Below, one piece after another: positions 20,159 to 30,037 of a stretch of 64,000 bases of DNA. Position 1 is the first letter of the stretch, and each line of letters starts with the position of its first letter. The DNA comes from Candidatus Latescibacterota bacterium (lineage in GTDB: Bacteria; Latescibacterota; UBA2968; UBA8231), in NCBI GenBank assembly GCA_022827835.1, contig JAJEIO010000041.1, positions 8,328 to 72,327 of the forward strand, written 5' to 3'. Made by a program: the position numbers and the translations under genes. Under the pieces are notes generated by a model. That model saw only the letters and a program-made list of their open reading frames with translations, searched no databases and was not told the DNA's origin.

Positions 20159-21778
20159 ATGCCCAAAGGCGTCGAGACCGATAAGGATAAGAAAGAGATA
20201 CCCTTGTTTAATGGGTTTGACTACATAGTCCTAATCTGTTCTGCCTTAGCCTTTTTCGCCGGTGGCTGTCTCCTCGGCTGGCTTGGCAGTGAGCGGCTGC
20301 GCAACAGCAAACTGCACAGCACCCAAGCCACCGCCGATCAGATCGTCGACCGCGCCCGCCAAGAAGCCGAGGTCTTGAAAAAAAATGCCTTGCTCGAAGC
20401 AAGGGATGAATGGCACCGCGAGCGGACCCCACTGGAAAAGGAGCAAGAGGTACAGAGACGCTCGTTGCGCGATCTGGCGGCCAAGCTGCTAGAGCGCGAA
20501 CAGCAACTAGAGCGCAAAATAGACCTGCTCACGAGCAAGGAGCGCGAACAACTTAAGAACGAGCAGGACCTCGACCGCCGCGAGGCGGCCATAGCTGCGG
20601 ACGAGGTCCAAGCCCAAGACCTCGTCCGAGAGCAGAGTCGGCGGCTGGAAGAATTGGCTGGCATCAGTCAGCAAGAAGCCCGGCGCATACTCGTTGATCA
20701 GCTAGAGGGCGGCGCGCGCCGAGTTGCCGCCCGCAAGGTCCGCGAGATCAAGGACACCGCGGTTGCCACGGCCAACCTAGAGGCCAAGGAAATCATCACC
20801 CGCGCCATCCAGCGCTTCGCCGGAGAACTGACCGTCGAGAGTACGCTTTCGGTCGTGCCCATCCCCTTCGACGACATGAAGGGGCGCATCATCGGTCGCG
20901 ACGGGCGCAATATCCGCTCCTTTGAAATGATCACCGGCGTCGAGGTCATCGTCGATGATACCCCGGGTATGGTCATGCTCTCGGGCTTTGACCCACTGCG
21001 CCGCGAAGTGGCCAGACATACTCTTGAAACGCTCATCCGCGACGGGCGCATCCACCCTGGGCGCATTGAGGAAGTGTATGACAAGGCCCGCAGCACCGTT
21101 GAGGAAATGATCCGCGAGTCCGGTTCCAAAGCCGCCTTTGACCTCGGCATTCACGACTTATCCGAGCCGCTATTGGAAACGCTGGGCAAGCTCCGCTTCC
21201 GCACCAGCTATGGACAAAACTTGTTGGTCCACAGCAAGGAAGTCGGGTTTTTGGCCGGCATGATGGCCGAGATGCTCGACCTTGACATCGTGCTGGCGCG
21301 CCGCGCTGGTCTCTTGCATGACATCGGCAAGGCACAGGACTTTGAGTTGGGCAACGACCCAGCGCAAAGCGGTGCCGTACTGGCTCGCAAGGGCGGCGAA
21401 AGCCCTGAAGTTGTGCAAATTATCGAAACCCATAGCAAACACACGCCCTCGCGCTCAGCCATCGCCGTCCTAGTCGAAGCCGCCAACGAAATCTCCACCC
21501 ACCGCCCGGGTGCCCGCAAAGAAAAAGTCGAGGAGTACATCCGCCGCTTGCACCACATTGAGGAACTCGCAGCCGACTACGTGGGCGTACAACAGGCTTT
21601 TGCCCTGCAAAACGGCAAGGAGGTTCGGGTCTTGGTCGACAGCGGAGTGGTAGATGACACGTATGCCGAACAACTCGCCGACGACATCACCACCAAGCTC
21701 GAACAACAACTCGAGTACCCTGGGCAGTTGCGCGTCTGCATCATCCGCGAGATGCGTGCCGAGTCTCACGCGCGGTGA
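20159..21778 (+). CDS. rny: Ribonuclease Y with a divergent HD domain
   Basis: N-terminal TM, coiled coil, KH domain (MKGRIIGRDGRNIR), RTSYGQN, LLHDIGKA, RPGAR, YPGQ. True start may be the TTG near 20204. Confidence 0.93.
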   Translation: MPKGVETDKDKKEIPLFNGFDYIVLICSALAFFAGGCLLGWLGSERLRNSKLHSTQATADQIVDRARQEAEVLKKNALLEARDEWHRERTPLEKEQEVQRRSLRDLAAKLLEREQQLERKIDLLTSKEREQLKNEQDLDRREAAIAADEVQAQDLVREQSRRLEELAGISQQEARRILVDQLEGGARRVAARKVREIKDTAVATANLEAKEIITRAIQRFAGELTVESTLSVVPIPFDDMKGRIIGRDGRNIRSFEMITGVEVIVDDTPGMVMLSGFDPLRREVARHTLETLIRDGRIHPGRIEEVYDKARSTVEEMIRESGSKAAFDLGIHDLSEPLLETLGKLRFRTSYGQNLLVHSKEVGFLAGMMAEMLDLDIVLARRAGLLHDIGKAQDFELGNDPAQSGAVLARKGGESPEVVQIIETHSKHTPSRSAIAVLVEAANEISTHRPGARKEKVEEYIRRLHHIEELAADYVGVQQAFALQNGKEVRVLVDSGVVDDTYAEQLADDITTKLEQQLEYPGQLRVCIIREMRAESHAR

Positions 21779-22557
21779 ACATTCTCTTCGTCGCCGATAT
21801 CTTTGCTCAGCCGGGCCGCCGGGTTGCCGCAGCCGTAATTCCCGAACTAGTAAAACAGCGCGAAGTCTCTCTGGTAATCGCCAACGGCGAAAACGCCGCC
21901 GGAGGATTTGGTCTCACCGACCGCATCGTGCACAAGCTGCACAGCTACGGCACCGACGTCATCACCAGCGGCAACCACGTCTGGGACCGCCGCGAGTTCA
22001 TCCCGTACCTAGACCAATCCGACCGCGTCCTGCGCCCCTTCAACTACCCCAAAGAGGCTCCCGGCATTGGTGCGACCGTCGTCGCCGCACGCGGCGGTCC
22101 CCCAGTGGCCGTGCTCTGCCTCCAAGGGCGCACCGGGATGCCCACCATCGACTGCCCCTTCCGCACAGGCCGCGCCGAAGTCGAGCGCCTACGCGCAGAG
22201 ACACCTTTAGTCTTTGTAGATTTCCACGCCGAAGCCACCGCGGAGAAAATGGCTATGGGCTTCCACCTCGACGGCTTGGCCACCGCAGTCATCGGCACCC
22301 ACACCCACGTGCAAACCGCGGATGAGCGCATCTTGCCCAAAGGCACGGCGTACCTAACCGACGCTGGCATGACCGGCATCTGCGAATCCGTGATTGGTGT
22401 GCGTCCCGAAATAGCCATCCAACGCTTCCTCACCCAGATGCCCACCCGTTTCAAGCCCGCCGACGGCCAGGCGGTCCTCTGCGGTGCGCTGGTCGAGGCT
22501 GACGAAGCAAGCGGCCGGGCCACTCGAATTGAGCGGTTGCAGCTAGCCGAGCCTTGA
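21775..22557 (+). CDS. ymdB: YmdB/TIGR00282 family metallophosphoesterase
   Basis: ANGENAAGG, TSGNHVWD, DFHAEATAEK, GTHTHVQTADERILP, TDAGMTG. Confidence 0.95.
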   Translation: MNILFVADIFAQPGRRVAAAVIPELVKQREVSLVIANGENAAGGFGLTDRIVHKLHSYGTDVITSGNHVWDRREFIPYLDQSDRVLRPFNYPKEAPGIGATVVAARGGPPVAVLCLQGRTGMPTIDCPFRTGRAEVERLRAETPLVFVDFHAEATAEKMAMGFHLDGLATAVIGTHTHVQTADERILPKGTAYLTDAGMTGICESVIGVRPEIAIQRFLTQMPTRFKPADGQAVLCGALVEADEASGRATRIERLQLAEP

Positions 22558-22565
22558 CCTCGTGT

Positions 22566-22642
22566 GAATTAGGAATTAAGAATTGAGAATTAGTGTGCTC
22601 GTCGCACCCAATTTCTAACTTTTTAATTCCTAATTCCTAATT
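22566..22642. repeat. Inverted array of AT-rich heptamer repeats
   Basis: GAATTAG-GAATTAA-GAATTGA-GAATTAG, a short GC spacer, then ...TTAATTC-CTAATTC-CTAATT, the reverse-complement array. Confidence 0.85.
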
Positions 22643-22659
22643 GATTACCCGGAGCACCT

Positions 22660-23904
22660 ATGTCCTTTCAAGAGCCGCTCCTCTGGACCGATGCCGAAGA
22701 CGCAACCCATCGGCCTTACTCGGTCTCCGAAATCACCAGTCAAGTCAAGGGGCTACTCGAGGAGAACTTGCCCAAGTGCTGGGTCGAGGGCGAGATTTCT
22801 CAGTACACCCACCACAGCTCCGGCCACCGCTATTTCACGCTCAAAGACAACGCAAGCCAATTAAGCGCGGTGATGTTCAAGTGGCAGGCCGGCTCGCTCT
22901 CCTTCAGCCCCCAACAGGGCATGCAGGTGCAGGTGTACGGACATATCTCCGTCTTCGAGCGCGCCGGGAAGTACCAACTCTACGCCGAGCAGATCAAACC
23001 CGCTGGCGTCGGCGAACTGGCTATCGCCTTCGAGCAGCTCAAAAATCGCTTAGCGGCTGAAGGGTTTTTCGACGAAAACCGCAAGCGACCTCTGCCTCCG
23101 TATCCCCGCAAAATCGGCGTGGTGACCTCGCCGACTGGCGCGGCCATCCGCGACATCATCCAAATCCTCGACCGCCGTGCCCCGGACATCGAGATCGTCC
23201 TCTGCCCTGCTCGGGTTCAAGGCGAAGGAGCCGTCACTGAGATCGCCGCTGCCATCGCCAGTTTAAATCAACTAGACGACATCGACGTGTTGATTGTCGG
23301 CCGCGGCGGTGGTGCGCCCGAAGACCTCTGGCCCTTCAACGACGAATCCGTTGCCCGGGCCATCTACCAGTCGCCTCAGCCCGTCATCTCTGCCGTCGGC
23401 CACGAGATCGACTATACCATCGCCGACTACGTGGCCGACTTCCGCGCTCCGACTCCCTCGGCCGCAGCCGAGATAGTCGCCCGTGAACGCAGCACCCTGC
23501 GCGAGCGCGTCGCCGAGCAACACGGCCGCTTGCTAGCGGAAATGGAGCGCTATCTCAGTTCCTTAGAGGAGCGGTTGCGCCACTGCGACCCGGACCGCCT
23601 GCGCGCACGCCTCGACGACCACTTGCAGCAACAAAGCCTATACCTCGACGAACGGTGCCAAGCCCTTTCTACTGCTTTCGATTGGTTTTTGCGCACTCGA
23701 GTCGAGGCCCTAGCTACCGCCACCACCCGCCTCGACGACCTCAGCCCGCTCACAAGCCTAGCGCGCGGTTTTGCCCTAGTGGAACGCGTCGCCAATAAAC
23801 GCCTCGTCCGCGACGGCAACGAGCTTCAGCCGGGCGATAAACTGCAACTGCGCTTTCGCCGCGGAGGCGCGATCTGCCGTGTGGAGGAGAAACTTAATGA
23901 GTGA
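22660..23904 (+). CDS. xseA: Exodeoxyribonuclease VII large subunit
   Basis: WVEGEIS, SGHRYFTLKD, VTSPTGAAIRD, GRGGG, SAVGHEID, APTPSAAAE. Confidence 0.98.
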   Translation: MSFQEPLLWTDAEDATHRPYSVSEITSQVKGLLEENLPKCWVEGEISQYTHHSSGHRYFTLKDNASQLSAVMFKWQAGSLSFSPQQGMQVQVYGHISVFERAGKYQLYAEQIKPAGVGELAIAFEQLKNRLAAEGFFDENRKRPLPPYPRKIGVVTSPTGAAIRDIIQILDRRAPDIEIVLCPARVQGEGAVTEIAAAIASLNQLDDIDVLIVGRGGGAPEDLWPFNDESVARAIYQSPQPVISAVGHEIDYTIADYVADFRAPTPSAAAEIVARERSTLRERVAEQHGRLLAEMERYLSSLEERLRHCDPDRLRARLDDHLQQQSLYLDERCQALSTAFDWFLRTRVEALATATTRLDDLSPLTSLARGFALVERVANKRLVRDGNELQPGDKLQLRFRRGGAICRVEEKLNE

Positions 23905-24127
23905 AACTTTTGAAGAAGCCCTAGCCGTGCTAGAAGAGAGCGTTCAGCGCCTCGAAGCAGGTGACCTCAAGCTCGAAGAGGCCCTCAAAGTATTTGAAAA
24001 GGGCGTCGCCGCCTCGCGCGCCTGCGGCCAGTGGCTCGATCAGACTCGCGAGCGCGTCCAGGTCCTCACCGCCGACGCCGAGGGCCAGTTCCGCCTCTCC
24101 TTTCTGGACGAAGAAGACGACCACTAG
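23897..24127 (+). CDS. xseB: Exodeoxyribonuclease VII small subunit
   Basis: TFEEALAVLEESVQRLEAGDLKLEEALKVFEKG. Overlaps the xseA stop. Confidence 0.95.
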   Translation: MSETFEEALAVLEESVQRLEAGDLKLEEALKVFEKGVAASRACGQWLDQTRERVQVLTADAEGQFRLSFLDEEDDH

Positions 24128-24147
24128 CCCCCCTCGGCTTCGGCCCG

Positions 24148-25839
24148 ATGTTGACTCGCCTCTACATCAAGGACTTTGCCCTTATCGAAGAAGCGGTGAT
24201 CGAATTTGGCCCCGGCCTCAACGTCATCACCGGCGAGACCGGGGCTGGCAAGTCCATCCTCATCGGTGCCCTCAACTCCATCCTCGGCGGCCCTGTCAAC
24301 GCCGATTTAGTGCGCAAAGAGGCTAGCTCGTGCGCGGTGGAGGGCTTTTTTGAACTCGACGACCAAGGTCAAATCGCGCGCTTGGCCGATCTAGGCGTTC
24401 TCTTGGAGGATGGCCAACTCATCCTCCGCCGCGAGATTCGCGGCCAAGGCCGCTCGCGCGCCTTTGTCAACGGCCAAGGGCAGCCCATCAAGCAGCTAAA
24501 GCAAATCGGCTCAATCTTGGTTGACCTGCATGGCCAACACGAACACCAGTCGCTGCTCGACCCCAAGCTCCACGCCCGCTTTCTCGACGCGTTTGCCGGG
24601 CTCGACGACCAGCGCCGCCTCGTGGGACAGCACTGGCGCGCTTACCGCGATAGCGTGGCCTACCTCGACCGGCTGCGCGCAGAGCGCGACGCACTCGCAG
24701 CCGAAGACGAGTTGTGCGCCTTCCAGTTAGAAGAGATCCGCCGTCTCGCACCCCGACCGGGCGAGGAGTCCGAACTAGAACGCGAGTTGCAAGTCCTCGA
24801 CAACGCCGAGACTCTATCCCAAGGCGGTCTCCAGCTCTACGACTTGCTCTATCAGCGCGAAGGTGCGGTTTACGAGGCACTCGGCCAAGTTCGCCGTCAG
24901 CTCGACCGGCTGCGCGAAATCGACCCTGCGCTCGGCCCCCAAGCCGCGGCTTTAGAGGAACTGATCTACGAGGTCGAAGACCTAGCCGGCCAACTGCGCG
25001 ACTACGCCCGCGGAATCGAAGTGCGCCCTAGGCGAGCCGACGAACTGCGCGAGCGCCGCGATGGCCTGCGCGCCTTAAAAAAGAAATACGGCGGCACCCT
25101 CGACGCCGTGTTAGAACGCGCCCGCGAGCTTGCGGCGCGCGAAGACCGCGCTGACCGTCTCCGCGACGAGCTGGCCCAAGCGGCTGAACACCGCGATCAA
25201 ACACTCGCTGAGTTTGCCGCCTGTTGCCTCGCCCTTTCTGCGGCGCGCCAGCAGGCCAGTGCCACCTTGTCGCAGGCGCTAGTCGCCACCCTCGGGGAGT
25301 TGGGCATGGCCAAGGCTCAGTTTTACATCGAGTTGGCAACCGCCGAAGATCCGGAGGGGATAGTTCAGCGCGACGGACGTCACTACGCGGCGGGCGAGCA
25401 CGGCATGGAGCACGTCGCCTTCCACATTTCCGCCAATGCCGGCCAACCACCGCGACCCTTAGCGCGCATTGCCTCGGGCGGGGAAATTTCGCGCGTGATG
25501 CTGGCCCTCAAGGAAGCGGTCGCCGGGCGCGACCTCGTTTCGACCTTGGTCTTCGACGAAATCGACGCTGGGATCTCGGGGCGCATCGCCGCGGCCGTCG
25601 GTCGCAAACTACAGTCCCTCTCCGCAGCGCACCAAACTATCGTCATCACCCACCTGCCGCAGATCGCCAGCCTCGCCGACCAGCACTTTTCAGTGCGCAA
25701 ACAGCAGGAGCAACAGCGGACTACCACCGAAGTTGTGCTGCTCAACGCAACGGCTCGCGCCGAGGAAATTGCCTATCTGTTGGCCGGCGAGACCATTTCG
25801 GATACAGCGCGCCAACACGCCCGTGAAATGCTGCAATAA
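24148..25839 (+). CDS. recN: DNA repair protein RecN
   Basis: ITGETGAGKSIL, LHGQHEHQSL, ASGGEISRVMLALK, FDEIDAGISG, ITHLPQIA. Confidence 0.98.
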   Translation: MLTRLYIKDFALIEEAVIEFGPGLNVITGETGAGKSILIGALNSILGGPVNADLVRKEASSCAVEGFFELDDQGQIARLADLGVLLEDGQLILRREIRGQGRSRAFVNGQGQPIKQLKQIGSILVDLHGQHEHQSLLDPKLHARFLDAFAGLDDQRRLVGQHWRAYRDSVAYLDRLRAERDALAAEDELCAFQLEEIRRLAPRPGEESELERELQVLDNAETLSQGGLQLYDLLYQREGAVYEALGQVRRQLDRLREIDPALGPQAAALEELIYEVEDLAGQLRDYARGIEVRPRRADELRERRDGLRALKKKYGGTLDAVLERARELAAREDRADRLRDELAQAAEHRDQTLAEFAACCLALSAARQQASATLSQALVATLGELGMAKAQFYIELATAEDPEGIVQRDGRHYAAGEHGMEHVAFHISANAGQPPRPLARIASGGEISRVMLALKEAVAGRDLVSTLVFDEIDAGISGRIAAAVGRKLQSLSAAHQTIVITHLPQIASLADQHFSVRKQQEQQRTTTEVVLLNATARAEEIAYLLAGETISDTARQHAREMLQ

Positions 25840-25846
25840 CTCCACA

Positions 25847-26410
25847 ATGTTGGCCAACTCCCTCAGCGTCCTGCGAGTTCTACTCATCCCCTTCCTACTC
25901 TACTTTATCGCCCAAGGACCGGCAGCCCAGTACCAAGCCGTGCTCTTACTACTCATTGCCGGTGCCACGGATATCGGCGACGGCTGGGTGGCGAGGCGCT
26001 ACAACCAAGTATCCCGCCTCGGCAAGATACTCGACCCGCTGGCCGATAAAATTTTCCTCGCTTGTCTGCTCGGCGGGCTAGTCTTCTGGCGCGATTTGCC
26101 GCTGTGGCTTTTGGGGATGCTCTTTGCCCGCGATGTGGCAATCGTATTGGTGGGGGGATTGTTCTTGCGTTCACAGGGGCTGGTCATTGCCGCCAACCGC
26201 TGGGGCAAATACACAACCTTCTGTATGGTACTTACGGCCCTCAGCTACGTCATCGAGACCCCGGCTAGCTTGCGCACAGGACTAGTCATGGCGGCAGCGA
26301 CCTTGGTCGTCGTCTCCAGCTTGAGCTACGCGCAACTCGCGCTCAGGCTCTTGCAACGAGACCGAACTGAAGGTCAGTTGGGCTGGATCAAGCGATACCA
26401 GCGCAAATAG
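25847..26410 (+). CDS. pgsA: CDP-alcohol phosphatidyltransferase (PgsA-like)
   Basis: ANSLSVLR and TDIGDGWVARRYNQVSRLGKILDPLADK motif. Confidence 0.85.
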   Translation: MLANSLSVLRVLLIPFLLYFIAQGPAAQYQAVLLLLIAGATDIGDGWVARRYNQVSRLGKILDPLADKIFLACLLGGLVFWRDLPLWLLGMLFARDVAIVLVGGLFLRSQGLVIAANRWGKYTTFCMVLTALSYVIETPASLRTGLVMAAATLVVVSSLSYAQLALRLLQRDRTEGQLGWIKRYQRK

Positions 26411-26519
26411 GCCTCGTCAAGGCGACGGCGGTGGGCGTATATGCCGATCATTTCTATCACTTTGAGCCGCAAGGCCAACTTGTGTAGATCGACTTTGCCC
26501 ACCTGACGCTCTGCGCGTT

Positions 26520-29500
26520 TCACAGCCCGAACCCAAAGTAATAGCGCCACTTGTCGATTAGGGGGTCGTCCTCGCCGCTGGAAACCCGCTCGCGATTGAG
26601 TGGATGCGCTACTTGGAAATAGGCGAACATCGGGATGCGGTAGAAAGTAAAAAGCTGTAGCCGCAACTCGCCGCCTACGTCGGTCAGAAATTTGTCGGTG
26701 TTGGGCAAAGACCGCCATCGCTCACCGGACCAGAAGTCGATGTCCTCAAAGCGCGAGAAATTGCCCACCACCCCGGCTTCGGCAAATAGCTCGGCGTAGA
26801 GCTTGGAAAAGTTGAAGTTGATAAAGCGACTGCTGATGCGCTTCAAGAGAGGAAACTCATAGCCGACGCGGGCGTAGAGCAATTTGGTTCCCCAGTCGGT
26901 GAAATAAGGGTAGCCGCTGAGGAAGTTGCGCCCGCCGATATAGTAGCGCAGCGGCCAGTAGTATCGGCCCTCCAAAAACCCGCCGCCTTCGATAAAGCGG
27001 GGCTTGAGACGGACGTTCTTATACGCGCCAATTAGCTCAATGTTGAGCGAATTGTCGAACGGCAACCTGATCCGCTCGTTGTACGCGGCTATGTATTCAT
27101 TGACCCGCATGCGGCGCTCGACGCCGACAAACTGATCGCGGGGAACTCCATCGGTAGGTATTTGCTCGGTCAGCGAATCAGCTACCGTCGGCATCAAATA
27201 GCGATAGACTAAAGCCATGGCGCGACCCGATGGACTGATCAAGCGATCGGCCGTGGGGTTGATTTTCCGGTAGCGCCAAGCCATGCTCAACATATGCGTG
27301 CGAAAAAAGCTGAGGTCTTCGTAGAATCCCAGCGGATCCTCGTTGTTCACCAACAAGGTATCTTGTGCCAAAAGCGACGGATCTAAGGAGGCTGATATAT
27401 CGACGCCGTCTTGCACCAAATAGATCTGGTTCTGGCTGCGGAAGCGGCGCAAGGTCCAGCCTTCGGCGTAGTCGCGCCATATGTAGAGGGCGTTCAACTC
27501 GGTTCGCCGAGTCAGCGGCACATCGACGCCCACGGCCAGTTGCCCCAAAGATGTCTTGAACAGATCTGAGCGGCTCGTGCCCTGATAGACGTATTGACGG
27601 ACGTCCGGGATTAGCAGACTGGTGACCGAATCGACCGGCACCGGATAGAGATCGGTCGCCTCGATCTCAAGCGTATCAATCTGGCTACCCTTGATCAAGT
27701 TGTCGATCTCGCGCCGCCGGCCCGCTATGTAAAACGAGGGGTTGAAGGTCCGGTTGTTGCCCACTTGTGGCCGGAGCCGGCGCTCGTAGAAGAAGCCGAC
27801 ATCCGTATTGAGATCTGTGGCACTTCGCATGTTCTTGCCGGCAATGCCCCAAGCTGTCAGCTCCTGGCCGCCGAACATGTCGCCAGTGGAAAACTGCAAG
27901 CCACCACTGACTTGGTTGAGGCCAAAAGTGTTGCCGACATACGTGGGGCCGACCTGTAGAATCGGGATGTAGCGCAAGACGTTGCGCCCCCTGTACGTTG
28001 CGATCTGGAACTGATCGGCGAGCTTGGGGCCGTCGAAGATGGAGCGATAGTCGCGCATCACCACCGGCTCGAAGTGCGCATCGCGCTCAAATTCGCCCAT
28101 CTCAAAGCTATAGAGGCTATAGTCGTTGGAGTGGTAGCCACTGTACACCACGCGCTCGTCGGCGGCTACGGTTGGCACAAAAGCCCCGCCAATGACGTTG
28201 GTTAGCTGTTCGACTTCGCGGTTTTCCAAGCGGTAGCGATAGATGTTGAAAATGCCGCTCTGGTCCGACGAAAACACAAAACCCGAACCATCGGGCAGCC
28301 AGTGCGGATCGCGCTCGTCGGCCGGCGAGGCAACGACCGCGCGGAACCCCGACGAGTCGGGATGGGCGAAGGCAACGGTATCGGGAAAGACGTCGATGGT
28401 CTCCTCCTCGTCTTCTTCGCCTTCTTCGTCGTCTTCGCTCTTCTTTTTGTTTTTCGCCTTCTCAAAGGTCTTTGGCCGCGGCGGGCTAGCGGCGCGAATC
28501 ATCGCAATGTCGCGGTCCTCGCCGCGGAATAAGCTGAAGAGCAGCCACTCGCCGTCGGGCGAGAAGCGCGGTCCCATGTATTGAGTGGCGTCGTTGTTGT
28601 TCGTCAGATAGACCAAGTCTGTGCCATCGCGATCTATGAGGCCGAGGTTGTTGGTCCCGTCCTCATTGTGCACAAAGGCGATGCGCTGGCCATCGGGGGA
28701 AAACGAGGGGTCTTTGGCGCGCAGCCTAGCGCTGATGCGGCGCTCCTTGTCCTCGGCCAGATTGTAGATATATAGATCATTAAAACCGCCCTTGTTTCGG
28801 ACGAAGACGATCTCCTCCCCGTCGGGAGACCAGCTAATCCGCGTATCTATCCAGTTTTTGAGCTCGGTCTTTTTTCGCGTCTCAAAATCGTAGATTTTGA
28901 GTACCGTGAGCGCATAATCCTGCTTCTCGCTGGTCAGGTACGCCAGTTTTTTGCCGTCCGGCGACAGTGCAGGATGGTATTCCAGCACGCCCTCGTTGAC
29001 CTCGTCCAGCGGCTCGCCCTGAAAGAAACCCTGCGCGCGGATCTCGGATTCGAGGCGGCCGTAATTCTCGGCCAAGAAGGCGACCCAATTCGCGTAAAAC
29101 TGATCGGCGGAAACGCCCAACACCCGGCGAATGGCCGGATCGAAGCTCATCGAGCCGATCTGATGCGTCAGTTCATCGACCTTCTCGGCACCGTACTGCT
29201 CGTGGATGTACACCATCATCGCGTAGCCTTGATTGTACACGAACTCGCCGTAAAACTTGCCCATGCGGTCCCAGACCGTCCCCATTTCCTCCCACGAAAG
29301 CAGATCGTCTTCGAGCACCGCCATCCGCAGCAACATGTCGCGGTGCGAATCCCAAGTATCGTAGCCGAATTTTTGCGCTCCGTACTGGGCGATGCCCTCG
29401 GTCCAGCCGCGCGGAGTATTGAGATGGTATAGCGGGAATTGAAACGTAATGTCTGGATTGGAGTCGAAGCGCGAGACCGACAGCAGCGCGAACTGGAAGG

Positions 29501-29912
29501 GCCATTTCTTGCGCGCCTTGTTGAGCGTAATGATGTGCGTCAACTCGTGCGTGACCACGTTTTTGATCCAATCGTGACTGCCGCGCAGTTCAAAGTCGAG
29601 GCTAGTGGCCCAAATGGCCATGGTATTGCTGTAGTAGTTGGCCCAGCCATTGCCCAGCACATCGGAGTTGTCGAGGACTATGACGTGGATGGTGCGGAAG
29701 TCGTCGTAGTAATCGTAGGCCGCCGCGAGGGTGGGAAAGACCTCCTCGCAGGTTTCGGCTACGCGACGCGCGGTACCCTCGGCTCCAAGCGTGTAATGGA
29801 CCCGGAAGTGATCGGTGACAATGGTTTTTATCTGGGCCTGGGCCGCTCCGGCGAGGAACAGCGCGGCAATGGAAGAAAAAATCGCTCGGCGCAACGTGTA
29901 TCCCTTTCGCAA
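26520..29912 (-). CDS. Outer-membrane protein combining a gluzincin-like metallopeptidase domain, PD40/TolB-like beta-propeller and Omp85-like barrel
   Basis: Signal peptide AQA, VVTHELTH plus WTEGIAQY, repeated PxxSPDG/WSPDG motifs, C-terminal GGRNFLSGY, DVGGELRL and YYFGFGL. Confidence 0.8.
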   Translation of the reverse strand: MRKGYTLRRAIFSSIAALFLAGAAQAQIKTIVTDHFRVHYTLGAEGTARRVAETCEEVFPTLAAAYDYYDDFRTIHVIVLDNSDVLGNGWANYYSNTMAIWATSLDFELRGSHDWIKNVVTHELTHIITLNKARKKWPFQFALLSVSRFDSNPDITFQFPLYHLNTPRGWTEGIAQYGAQKFGYDTWDSHRDMLLRMAVLEDDLLSWEEMGTVWDRMGKFYGEFVYNQGYAMMVYIHEQYGAEKVDELTHQIGSMSFDPAIRRVLGVSADQFYANWVAFLAENYGRLESEIRAQGFFQGEPLDEVNEGVLEYHPALSPDGKKLAYLTSEKQDYALTVLKIYDFETRKKTELKNWIDTRISWSPDGEEIVFVRNKGGFNDLYIYNLAEDKERRISARLRAKDPSFSPDGQRIAFVHNEDGTNNLGLIDRDGTDLVYLTNNNDATQYMGPRFSPDGEWLLFSLFRGEDRDIAMIRAASPPRPKTFEKAKNKKKSEDDEEGEEDEEETIDVFPDTVAFAHPDSSGFRAVVASPADERDPHWLPDGSGFVFSSDQSGIFNIYRYRLENREVEQLTNVIGGAFVPTVAADERVVYSGYHSNDYSLYSFEMGEFERDAHFEPVVMRDYRSIFDGPKLADQFQIATYRGRNVLRYIPILQVGPTYVGNTFGLNQVSGGLQFSTGDMFGGQELTAWGIAGKNMRSATDLNTDVGFFYERRLRPQVGNNRTFNPSFYIAGRRREIDNLIKGSQIDTLEIEATDLYPVPVDSVTSLLIPDVRQYVYQGTSRSDLFKTSLGQLAVGVDVPLTRRTELNALYIWRDYAEGWTLRRFRSQNQIYLVQDGVDISASLDPSLLAQDTLLVNNEDPLGFYEDLSFFRTHMLSMAWRYRKINPTADRLISPSGRAMALVYRYLMPTVADSLTEQIPTDGVPRDQFVGVERRMRVNEYIAAYNERIRLPFDNSLNIELIGAYKNVRLKPRFIEGGGFLEGRYYWPLRYYIGGRNFLSGYPYFTDWGTKLLYARVGYEFPLLKRISSRFINFNFSKLYAELFAEAGVVGNFSRFEDIDFWSGERWRSLPNTDKFLTDVGGELRLQLFTFYRIPMFAYFQVAHPLNRERVSSGEDDPLIDKWRYYFGFGL

Positions 29913-30037
29913 AGAGGCGACCAGCAGTCAATTGCCAGTCGCTCTACAATTTGTTAGGAAAATACTGGAGGCTATGCCCCCCGTCAAACAGCGCGGGGCC
30001 GCTTTCACGCGGCTTCGCCGTTAATTATTATACCTCC

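Noticed and set aside
20121-20203. Possible 6S RNA between zapA and rny
   Set aside because: The spacer is at most ~80 bp, too short for a ~180-nt 6S RNA.
22566-22642. Possible CRISPR array
   Set aside because: Units are 7 bp with no unique spacers, and no cas genes are present.
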